Positions 48,301 to 59,138 of a stretch of 64,000 bases of DNA are shown piece after piece. The notes beneath the pieces are model-generated. The model was not told the origin of the DNA, did not search any database, and was given only the letters and a program-made list of their open reading frames with translations. Source of the stretch: Podospora anserina (lineage: Eukaryota); NCBI GenBank assembly GCA_017654855.1, contig CM030335.1, positions 372,001 to 436,000 of the forward strand, written 5' to 3'. Each line of letters opens with the position of its first letter. Position 1 is the first letter of the stretch. Both the position numbers and the translations under genes were made by a program.

Positions 48301-51300
48301 TCACTTTCCTCTGATCCGTGTCGAGCGACGCATGGCGGAAGCCCTCCTGACGAGCGGCTTGTTGTCATCCGGGTGTGGAGGGTCGAAGCGATCTTCTTCT
48401 GCCGCTTTCTTCCATTCCGCGAGCCTTTTCGGTGGACCTGGTCTATCGGCGTATTCGGCGTGATACTCTTGTAATTTCGATGCTGAATTCTTGAAGTTGC
48501 TCGCGTCGTACCACTCTGGATCAGGGTCCCAACCCCTCCATTGGACTTAATACTATAATCTACCGTAATACTTGCGGGAGGTGAGAATCCGATCGACTTC
48601 CCATTCTTCCTTGCCGTCAAGCTCGTTACTCCCCGGGTTCTCTGATTCTTGCCCAGGTAGTGGGTTGGCGGGGTCCTTTCGCAGCCGGTCTGCGTGGAAC
48701 ACGCGGGATCCGCGCCACGAGGCTGGAAGCTTTAGCTTGTAGGAGTGTCCCTCCATTTTCTCGATCTCGTAGGAGTTCCGTGTCATCGGGAAATCCAGTT
48801 TGTCGCTCGGGCGGTCCGTTGACCAGTTCCTCTTGATGATAAACACCTTGTCGTTAGGGTCTTCTTCGTTGACCTTGAAATCGGGGACTCGGCGTTTCTT
48901 GTTAGCCTGGACCGTTTGCCGCTGTTGCGCCTTTCCCATAAACTCGCGAGCTTTCGTTACCTAGGATTGCAGCAGTTTGGCGCGTTCCTGTGCCTCGCCG
49001 CGGTTCAGTCGTTCTCTGGCCTCCATGGGTTTCGAGAGGTCGGTGCGGGCTTCCCAGTCGAAGTGAGTGGGCATTGGGCAGCCCATGATAACTTCATGTG
49101 GCTCGCAGTTAATCGACTCGTGGGGAGAGGAGTTCTGAATCATGTCCATCGCTGGTATCGCGATCGACCAATTATCCTAGTGGTAATTCACGAATGGTCG
49201 TAGGCGCTGGTCGATGTACTCGTTTATGATTTCGGCCTGCCCGGCGGTCTGGGAGTGTCCCGACGACGAGAGTTTCCACTTGACTCCGAGGATTCGCGAC
49301 AGTTTATCCGCAAAGTCGGCCACGAACTGAGGGCCTCTGTCGCTGACGATCTCTTTTGGCACTCCGAATATACGGTAAGGTCCTTCGTAATACATCATCG
49401 CCGTATTTTTTGCTGTGGCACTTGTCGTGCACGGGGTTGACCACACAATCTTGCTCAGGCGGTCGATAGTAACCAATACGTTGTTATATCCCCGTTTGTC
49501 CATGGGCATACTCTTGAAGTCCATCACCAAGCACTGCCAAGGGCGCTCAGGAGGCGGCAGCGGGTGCAACAGACCGGGAGTCTTGTCCCGGGGGTTCTTG
49601 GCTGGGAAACAGTAGCAATTCGCAACGAACCTGTCGACGTCAGCTACCACTCCGGGCCACCAGTATCGGGCGGCCACCAGTCTCCTTGTCTTGTTCCTGC
49701 CAGGGTGAGCTGTTGATATCCGGGTGTGTACCTCACGCAGGATGGCGGTTCGCAAGTTGTCGTCTTCCGGGACCACCAACCTCCCTTTGTAGAGCAGTAT
49801 CCCACCACTCGTCAGGGAGAACTCGCTCCTCGTTCCATCCGACGCTTTCTCCCTATACTCATCCAGACTCTCCGACGTCTTGTTCATCTCAATCAACTTG
49901 TCCACCAGCTCCAATCCTGACATCTCGGGTGCAGGTGCATCCTCATCCAGCACCATCAAGGGGAAGACCTCTCCTTCCCACACTTCTCCTTCCGCTATAC
50001 CCTGGACATCCAACACAGCTACCACCTGCTCGTCACTCATATCTTCCTCTCTCATGGGTCGGAAGATCTGCATCGTTCTCTCCGCCTCCTTCTTGTCCTT
50101 CTGGGTCTTCAAGTCTTCGGACTTCCTGGACAACGCATCTGCCGCAGCGTTTGCGCTTCCCGGGCGGTACGTGATCGTGAAGTGATACTGGGCTAAGAAG
50201 TCGGCCTAAGTAGCTTGTCTCTGGTTGAGCGTCCTCTTGGTGCTGAAGTACTCTAAGGCTTGGTGATCTGTGACGACCAGGAATGGTTGGTCTCGAAGCC
50301 CGATCAGTTCAGCGCGGAAATGCATCATGGCGCGCACCACTGCCAGCATCTCCTTGTCGTGGATAGCGTAGTTGTGCTCAGCGCCTTGTATGGTTTCCGA
50401 AAAGAAGGCTACCGGGTGCTAGCCGTCGTCGTGTTCTTGTGCGAGCACTCCCGCTAACACGCCGTCAGATGCATCGGTTTCGATTCGTGTAGGAAGGGCG
50501 AAGTCGAAGTGTTTAAGTACCGGTGCCGACAACAACAACTGTTTCAGTTTATTAAAGGCTTGTTGTTGTTTACCCCCCCAAGAAAAGGGCTGATCCTTCT
50601 TCGTGAGCATCGTTAAAGGACGGGCGATTCTGCTGTATTCTGGTACGAACTTCCTGTAGAAGTTACAAAATCCTAAGAAGGATTGGACCCCTTTGACCGT
50701 GTGTGGCTCCTCCCACTGCTTAACGGCTTTAACCTTAGCTGGGTCTACCTCAATTCCGTCGACGCCTACGATAAAACCTAGGAACTTGGTCTTCGGGACG
50801 TGGAATTCGCACTTCTTGATGTCTGCATTTAAACCGGCCTCCCTTAAACGGGCCAAGACCTTCTTGACGTGCTCTATGTGCTCCTCCTCCGAGTTCGAGT
50901 AAATCAGGATATCGTCGATATACGCTGAGCAGAATACATCGAGGTAATTCAGCAACGTGTCGTTGATAAAACGCTGGAAGGTCGCCGGACCGTTGGTCAC
51001 TCCAAAAGGCATCACCTTGTACTTGTACGTTCCCTGACGGACCTTGAATGCCGTCAGCTCTTCTGATTCTTGGTCCATCTTGATTCTGTGGAAAGCCGAG
51101 ATGATATCGATCTTGGTGAAGATCTTCGCTTTCGTGACGCGCGACAGTGTTTCCTCGATTAAGGGAAGGGGGTATATATCCTTCTTTGTAAGGCTGTTTA
51201 GTTTCCTGTAATCCACGCACAGTCTTAATCCTCCGTTCGGCTTTTTTACAAAGATGACTGGTGCTGCCCAGGGGGCCACGCATGCCTCGATCCATCCTTT

Positions 51301-52626
51301 CTGAAGGTTCTCCAGGATATACTGTCGACAAGCTTCCAATTCTTCCGAGGACATCTTGTACAAGGGGTTGGACCCTATGTCTTCAGGTCTCTTACCCGGG
51401 GTAAGTTCGATCTTGTGGTCGTAGTTGCGAGAGGGTGGCAATCGGTCCGAGTCTTTCCTGCTAAACACATCTCGATACTCGTGATAGTGTGACGGGAGCA
51501 CCGAATCAACCAGCGCTCTCAGACTCTCCTCATCTTCGGCCAGAGGGTCGTCTTCAGCTTCTCTCTTGCGGGCGATCTGTATGTACTTGTCGATTTCCAT
51601 CAGGGTGATAACTCCCACCTCAGGGGTGTCAAGCTTCCCTGCGACCTTGAGGAAGGTTTCGGCTTCCAACACGGCAATATCGATGGTTCTGTCTTTGTAC
51701 CAACCGACACAATCTCGCTTCAAGATGTAGGCGCCTTGGCCGTCGTACTTGATCCGGTCTCTCCGTTCTTTCTGCTTCTCGCGGGCCTTTCGCAGTTCCT
51801 CCAGGGACGGCAGAGGCTTCGGCTCGTACCCATTGAGGGCTCTTGTCATGTTGCGTTCTCCCCTCATGATGGCGTTGAGCAGGCCGGGGTGAGTATCGAC
51901 CGTCTGGTCGGGGATTGCCCACCGCACATGTTTTTCTTCGGGGATGGGGGAACTGTCGGCTTCCGCTTCTTCCCACTTGCCATCCTCTTCATCGTAGAGC
52001 TCCTTTTCGTTTCGCTCAAGCTCCAGGATGCGCTCCTGAACCAGGAGCAGGGTAACGTCAACCTCCCTGGGCACGTTTGTTGCTTTGGGGAGGTAATACG
52101 GGTCGTCGGGGTCTTCATGCGCCTCGTCGCCCGGTGTGGCGGCCTCACCAGGAGCTGTGTCGAGGTCCTCCTCGAACACGATAGTACTCGATTTAGGGTG
52201 CATCCAAACAGACCACTCCTCGAGCTATATCTTGCCCAAGATAATGTCGGTGGGCATATCCAGTACCAGCAGGACCTGCTCCTTCATTATCTTTCCTTCT
52301 AAGAGTAAGTCTACCACGATGGCGACGTCTACCTTTTGTCTTCCTTTTCCTGAGTAGCCTCCCACTACCACGGGGGCGAAATCGCTCCTCTAAGGGACGC
52401 CCATCTTTTCGACCAATTGCTTCGTAAACTTTACACTTACAAAGCCATACCCATTAGCTCCCGTGTCCAACAGTGCGTCGTCTGTGTTAATCTGATGTCC
52501 ATTATAAGCTACTGAGTAAGGGTATACTAAGGGGGAACCCCCGAAGAATTCTGCTATGGGAAACCCGTCACCAACATCCGTCCTGCCTAATAAACTGACC
52601 ACTTCCTTAACCAACGCGAGTGACAC
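48301..52626 (-). pseudogene. pol: pol polyprotein (protease, RT, RNase H, integrase, chromodomain) with in-frame stops
   Basis: LLDTGA, RLCVDYRKLN, MPFGVTNGP, YIDDIL, ETDASD, HPGRNKT, SDRGPQF, GQAE, VFHADRLR, EEWEVDRIL; stops at about 52390, 52225, 50419, 50207, 49177, 48961 and 48553. Confidence 0.95.
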
Positions 52627-53513
52627 TTCCCCTGGGGGGGAGACCTCTTTGCCCAGGACCCAGAGTCCCCTAAAACGGAGAGCAAATACGCTGGCGAGCC
52701 CATTTCTTGGTCCCTGTTTTGGTGGAGGATCGTCCCTGTAGGAGAGGGAGGCTCCAAATTTGGACTATAAGAGCGTCGCGTAAAGTTGTCGTTTTTGGAG
52801 AATGGCGAGCGTAGGGTGAGCGGTGGTGAGCTCAAGGTGAGCCGAGGGTGAAGCGAGCCTGATTTTGGGCTAACCAGGTTTGGACGAGACACAAAAGGTT
52901 TTAGAGACCGACTACCCAAGTAATCCCACTGAGCACACGAATACCGCAACAAGGCCGAAAGGCCGATTCCCAAACTCCCTGACTCCAGATCCTTCGAATA
53001 ATCCCATTCCCAGACCTCCACTGATTTAAGGCCGAGGCAGTGGGCAGAGGTTATCGCCACGCTCTGGTGAGCTTAGGCCATACGGCTGAGTTAGGTGGGG
53101 AGCGTACCTTTATACATCTCCAAATATTATAGGTGATATTGTTTTCATATGAAGTTATTCCATCGGTGTCCTTCATATCACTAGCATAACGCTTCAATGA
53201 GGCAACACACCTCAACGGGCTCATGGGGAATTCCGTATATCGTTGTATCATTGCCAGACCCTTAACCCCTAACCCCAGTTCGAGAACTTTACAGGGATGC
53301 TGCCATAAAGTGTTGCAGCACCTTCACAAAAACCATGAATACCTGAGCTCCACCACGCTTTTGAAACCTTACTCTCCTCCTTTCATCATCAACACAAGCG
53401 CCACAAGCGCAGAAGCACTAGAAAAGTACCACCGTCCCCGTCCATCCTCCACAACGCGGTGATCACTTCAGCCACCTCATTGTCGCACACTCCGCTCTTA
53501 TCACCTGTGCAGA

Positions 53514-54431
53514 ATGTCATCACAGTCCCAGCCAAGCCCTCAGACCTTCGCCGACACTAGCGAAGGTCCGAAGGCTTCACAGACGCAATCAGATCCGTCT
53601 ATTGTCCCGTACAATCCTGACTTGCGTAGCACGGCATCCCTTGCGCTCAGCCTGCCTTCGAGTACTCTCGCTCAGCTGTCTCCGAATTATACCGCTGGAC
53701 AGCCTTTTGAAACACTGGAACACTACCATGAAAGATTAAAGGGGATACTTGGTAAGCTCAAGCCTGGAACACTAGGGCTGGTGGAGACCGTGATAAAGCG
53801 GTTGCCACACGAAGAGAGGACTGGCCCTCTGCGTAGCACGAGCAGTGATCCCGCTGTTTCGACCAGCGCTGTGCAACGCCTCGGTATCCGTACCCGGATG
53901 GAAACAAAGCCGGAAGTGAGTCAGCACAATAACGGTGAGTATGCCTTCCGGGATAGTCTAGGTATTCTTGGTATTAAATGCTAATCAGTACCGCCAGGAG
54001 AGGGTGTTGCGGTTGCAAATCCGACAGAAAGGAACGGCAATTCAGGGCCGGCGCAGCCAAAACCTAAGAATACCGGTGCCTATCGAACGTTGCGATCTCG
54101 CCAGCAGCGGGACTCATCCGACATTCACGTTGCCAAAGGCTTATCCCATCAACCCAAGTCCCACACGTCTACTAAACGCAAAGGAAACTTAAGGGTCTCG
54201 AACGCTCCAAAACGATGCAAGGTTAGCTGTTATTGGGAATGCGAGCTAGGCGAGGTTGACCTGAAACCCACTGGTGAACTGAGTATCATGGTCCATTGGG
54301 CCCCATCATTGGTTACAATTGATGATCTATCCCCCGATCTAATTCCAGATCTTCAGTGCGTTGTAAGCCAGAAGTATGGTCCTGAAGAATGGAAAAGACA
54401 GAGCGCAAAGTTGGTAAAGGGAGGCAACTGA
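53514..54431 (+). CDS. Hypothetical cargo protein with C-terminal chromo/chromo-shadow-like segment
   Basis: An intron at about 53935-53997 joins ORFs 53514 and 54090; C-terminus YWECELGEVDLKPTGELSIMVHWAPSLVTIDDL. Confidence 0.55.
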
Positions 54432-54622
54432 GGGAGTTTTTTATTAGCTTTTTTACGCAGAAGGGTTTTTTATTTAACCATATATTTCTTAGCTTCATAT
54501 TATAGAAAATACTATTTACTATCGAACGCATCAAACTACTACAAAATTGCAACGAATCGAAGACAAAAGAAGGAAAATACAAAGAGAATCATCAATAAGT
54601 CTACACACCCCCGAAACACTTA

Positions 54623-55309
54623 TTATTTAGCTTTTCTCCGTCCGGAGCTTTCCTTATGCCCTTTCACAAGGTTACGTCGCTGTGACCTCTTCTTCGGTCG
54701 CTTCTCTTCCTCGCTACTCTCTAACTCCGAGTCAACCTCTTCTCTCGCTGATTCCCCGTCGTCTTCGTTCTGAACACCGTCCTGTTCGTTCTCCTCGCTT
54801 TCGCTATCGTCATTCTGGCTGTCATGATGGGGCTTCCCCCTCTGTTTGCTAACTTTAGGCGCGCTCCCCTCATTACCGAGCGCCGTTTCGAAGGGATGTG
54901 TTAAGCCGATCTCGGTCTTGCGCGGTATAATAACGAGCATCGCAATTAATGCCCTCCACTTGGCCCCATCACTTTCGACTTGCCAAGGAGCCTTTCGCTC
55001 TTTGCACTGTGTGTATCGTTCCTTCTCTTCCCTAAGCATTTTCTAGGCGATTAAGAGCGACGTAATGCGGCTCTCGATATCGTTAAAGTATTTATTATTG
55101 ATCTTATTAAACTGAGAAGCAATAGTCTTGGTTGCATCCTTTTCTGACTTGGCTAGATTCTGCAGGAAGGACAGCTCCTTTCCGGTAAATATTTGCTCGT
55201 TATTTTTTGAAGAGACTTTCTGAACCCATTCGTGGTACAGGAGGTTAGGGATAGATAGGAGCTGCGAAGAAAAAGGCACCTGCCATGTTAACGTAGTTTG
55301 GCTTGTCAT
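54623..55309 (-). pseudogene. Cargo gene with in-frame premature TAG
   Basis: ORFs 55043-55309 and 54623-55039 are in the same frame, separated by one TAG; acidic then basic C-terminal tail. Confidence 0.6.
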
Positions 55310-55885
55310 TACGCCGGGGTATTGGTGAATAGAGAGTAGGAACTGGATGTTAATTAACTAGGTATATAGGATGGTGGAAGTAATCTTATACTTAATGAGG
55401 TTGTCTGCGCTTTTATATAACGAAGCTAGTATTAGTTTCAGAACCTCAGCTCTATTTTCCAAAATTAACTATTCTCAAAATAAAAGCTTAGTGAAAAGAA
55501 GTTTTATTTTCAGTTTAAGGTAGGGAATCGAAACTACAGGACTTTTATACTGAATTCTATATTTTATAACCTCCGTATATAGTAACACTTACTTTCTATA
55601 CGAAGCAGATTAATCCTTTGATTCTCATCGCTATAAGCAAATAGATAAGATATTCACCTGTGTATACATGTAGGTTGGTCCATTTTGATAGAACTGAAGT
55701 ACTGCTATGCCACGGTAGTCAGAAACTCTACCTAAAATAATCTCAAAGATCATATCTGGTTACTCTTGACGATGAGGAACGTAACCTCACTAAATTCTAA
55801 TCCTCGCACGTGCTATAATGCTAAATGAGGTTGGGACACGCTATATAACCCAACACCGCTATACCCTTTAGGAACAGTAAATCTC

Positions 55886-58282
55886 CTAGCTTCTTGAAAC
55901 CGTCTCATCAGGCGCAAACTCTACAAAACGATGGGCGAAGACGTCGTATGAATGCTCGATGGCGAGATGATTCTTGAAGGCGGTGACGCCACTGGTGTTT
56001 TTATGCCCACATGAAGGGCTCGGGCATCGGATGGCGGTAGCCTTATCATATCCGTGGAGATGATATCTCTCCACGTGGTTCCTGGCTTTGTACCTTGTGC
56101 TGAATGTTCTGTCGCTTTCTAGGTCCCAATAGCAGAAAAAGCAGTGCATGGTTCCACACGCTAATCTGACCTCCTGCAATACCCTGCCCGGGCTTATCTT
56201 ATCAGTCAGGGGGGATGACTGAGGTTGGTTGTTCGTTTGTGTCGGCATTGGCTCTGAGAGCTCTGTGAGTCCACCCAAAAGGATCAATGCCTCTACCGTG
56301 CAGATACGAGCCTGAAGCCTTATAGTCTCAGAGCTTTCGCTTAGATCGTTACCCAGTAGCTATATAACAATTTTCCGTTCGTTAAGAATGCATCCAGACA
56401 GGAGTTTGGTATTAAGTTCGGCTTCAAGTTGATTAAGGTACTCTGATTTCTTATTGCGGAGTTGGCGATCAATTTCCATGCTACTAACGTTATTAAAAAA
56501 GTTGTCCCGTGTTCTCTTTGCCGCCTTATTCCGTACGAGAACCCGTATTGCTCGGGCTTTCTTATTAATATCGTTAAACGTATAATATAGATCCGTCCCT
56601 GTTTCACGGGCCGCCTTTAGTGTACCAGACTCCGAAGTAACTGCGTTCTTAAATAGTTCTCGAAGCTACTCGAGTTTATTAAGCTAATGCTCCTTGGTAA
56701 CGATCTTAAGGTCTTTAGGCGCCGCTGTCACTAGAGCCCGGGCATCTACAGAACGACTTAGGTGCGTAGCTATCCTTATAAATGCTAATTTCGAAGGTTT
56801 ATTAATAAAGGCGGCGACAATATCTACCTGAACGGACTGGTTAATATATACCTGATATATACCTGCGTCTCGATGGTTTATCACTTATTATAGTTGGCCC
56901 TGAGTCGCCACACCTGCGATGGTCAGCGATCGGACTCGAGTGTAAGGTGAAGCGGTTCTAACCTTTAATGGCCTCTCCGGCTCCTCTTCGAAAAGCATAT
57001 AGAGTAATAGCAGCCTTAAATCCTGTATGCTTCCCAAGCTCGCGAAGGTATTCCAAATAGGTGTAGTATCCAATTAGCTATACACATAAACTCGTTTCTA
57101 GACAATCGGAACCGGTATAGCGAAAAATTAGTATATTAAGAATGCTCTCCTTCCAGGATAAGTTTAAAGAACCGCGGTTAGAGGTGGTTCGGACGGAGTA
57201 AAGGTTTTCCACAGAGCTAAAATCATCCCTGAAGGCGTTGTCTAGAAAGCCGATTGTAATTATAAGGACGGTTGCGTTAAATATAAGGTTGTTAACCTTA
57301 TATAAAATGAACTTCTTACTATATTATATTAGTATATCCTATATCTTTTTAAAAAACTATTACTCACGGGTTCGGATTTTTAGCCCAGCCTTTAGTATAT
57401 CTCAGAGTAATCTACATGGTAATAAGGTCCTTGGGCCCTCCTGGATTTGGCAAGGTGAACAGCGAGACATCCCTATACGTAAGTGTTTTGAAACCCCCTC
57501 TTTGTTCGCCTTGTGAGAGCGAAGGGCTAGGCGGTTCTTGACCGATATAGTAAGTAGCAAGTCGGTCTGGATTTATTGCCTTGTGGGCGATTGTTGCAGG
57601 GCGTATTGCGGTGAAGAATGATATTTGTTGCATAAGCGCAACGTTTAGTCTCTGCCGTTCGCTCGGGTATTTGATCTCGGGGCTTCCCCAGTGTGTCTGC
57701 AACAGCCGAAAAACATCATCGAAACAGAGAACTGGCTTTTCCCGGCGTTCTAAATCAAGACTGTAATCCATAGAAAGGTTGTTGTCAATCCACTGCGAAC
57801 TGATGTTAGTTCGTTTTATTTGGTCCGTTATGGGCCTCTCTTACAAGATGGAGCGCCTCGTATATCTCTGGACTTAGTGCCATCCCAACTGACTTCTCGT
57901 ACATCATCTTAAATGCTCTCTTGTAGCCCAGTAATGTCGTCTATTTCTGGATTTTTGAAGTGTCACAGAGCCACGTGAAGAAAACCATGAAACTTTCTTT
58001 GGTACCAGTCATCAAAGCGTCGTGATCGCTCAGATTCATTTCTTTGCAATATCTTGTGTCTGTAAGTAGTGGACTCGTCAGGCTGGATATTTTGACATAC
58101 CCTTTCCATTTTTTGGCCAAAACACTCATCTTCAGTTGCGTTGTCTCGGAATAGTTGCGTTTCGGCTTCCACTGCTGTAAGCCTCGCTAAAGTGCCTCAT
58201 ATTCACCTCTGCTCAAAGGCTTGCGTTCTGAATGTTTCGATAAGGTGCGGTCCTGAGTATAAGACCTCCGTATTGGAGTCAT
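55886..58282 (-). pseudogene. DUF3435 tyrosine recombinase (Starship captain-like), RIP-inactivated, with C-terminal C2H2 finger
   Basis: W..YC, FFTWL, REKPVL, ERQRLNVAL...FTAIRPATI, LTYRDVSL, FSYGIRR, NHRDAGIYQVYIN (H/Y catalytic region) and CFFC...HVERYH...CPSPSC...FKNHLAIEH; many TAA/TAG stops. Confidence 0.85.
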
Positions 58283-59138
58283 GTTGCCTGTAGTTCGCAG
58301 GATGTTATGTTCTGGAATTCTAGCTGGAGACGAGGAGCACACAATCTTATATTTCTCCAATGTGTCGCATGGTGTGAGAGGTCCTGGTTCTGCTGTGCCG
58401 CACTCCAGGCTAGCGAATGGCATATGCACGGACATAACCGCTCTTCAAACATGCTCACATGCCACCCAGCCTTGGCGAACATGAGTGGAGAATGCAACGA
58501 TCATGAGAAACTCAGAGTGAATGTGCAGTCAAGTGTCAATAGACGTGTCATGGTAGATAGATAAGGTACCTTGTCCTGCCAGAGCTGGAAATAGAGTGTG
58601 TGCCGTAATGATTGCCGCCCGGTTCTATTTTCAACTTTTCATGTTTATTTTCTGTTGGCGCTTAGCGGCTAAGCAGGTATCGAGTGGTTGAGGGGAGTGG
58701 ATGTAAAAAACCACAGGGCAATTTTCCTCAGTTTTCAGCAGATATTTCTGCCAGAATCGGCATCACATTTCCCTTGAATTGATTGTCTGGATGTTCACTG
58801 GATGGTGGCCGTCGGTGGTTTGATTGTGAGCCAGATAATAACACAACCCGGAATCCAATTCCTCACAGCTGTTGTCTACGGGGTACTATGCGATGAGAAT
58901 AGCTGCAATGATGCCAATCACGATTAAACATTTGATGCGAGTTTATTGAAACCTCAAATATCTCGGCGAAGATCGATGCTTACACAACGCTATCTCCTGG
59001 ATCCAAATTTCTCCATACTGGTTTCAAGGAGCTCTTGCACTTCGTTTTCTTCCAGGACATGTTCCGGTCCCGTAATATCTATCGCATTATCCATCGCCAC
59101 GCAGTTTCCTGCTTTAACACTCTCCAGACTTAAAAGAG

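Larger units (their letters stand above)
47913..53000 (-). mobile_element. Ty3/gypsy chromovirus LTR retrotransposon, 5'-truncated and RIP-inactivated
   Basis: PR-RT-RH-IN-chromo order plus PPT and one LTR; no gag or 5' LTR recognised. The right boundary is approximate. Confidence 0.9.
38476..58565 (-). mobile_element. Degenerate Starship-like element (about 20 kb; ends tentative)
   Basis: A DUF3435 captain is the first gene at the right end pointing inward, followed by orphan and RIP-damaged cargo. A 14/15-nt inverted repeat (CTTATATATCTACCA 38476-38490 / TGGTAGATAGATAAG 58551-58565) brackets the zone of decayed genes. Confidence 0.5.

Noticed and set aside
52587..53060. 157-aa ORF as retrotransposon gag
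   Set aside because: No zinc knuckle or capsid-like features.
38476..58565. Spok meiotic-drive gene inside the Starship-like element
   Set aside because: No ORF or relic with recognisable Spok architecture (coiled coil, nuclease, Cys cluster, kinase).
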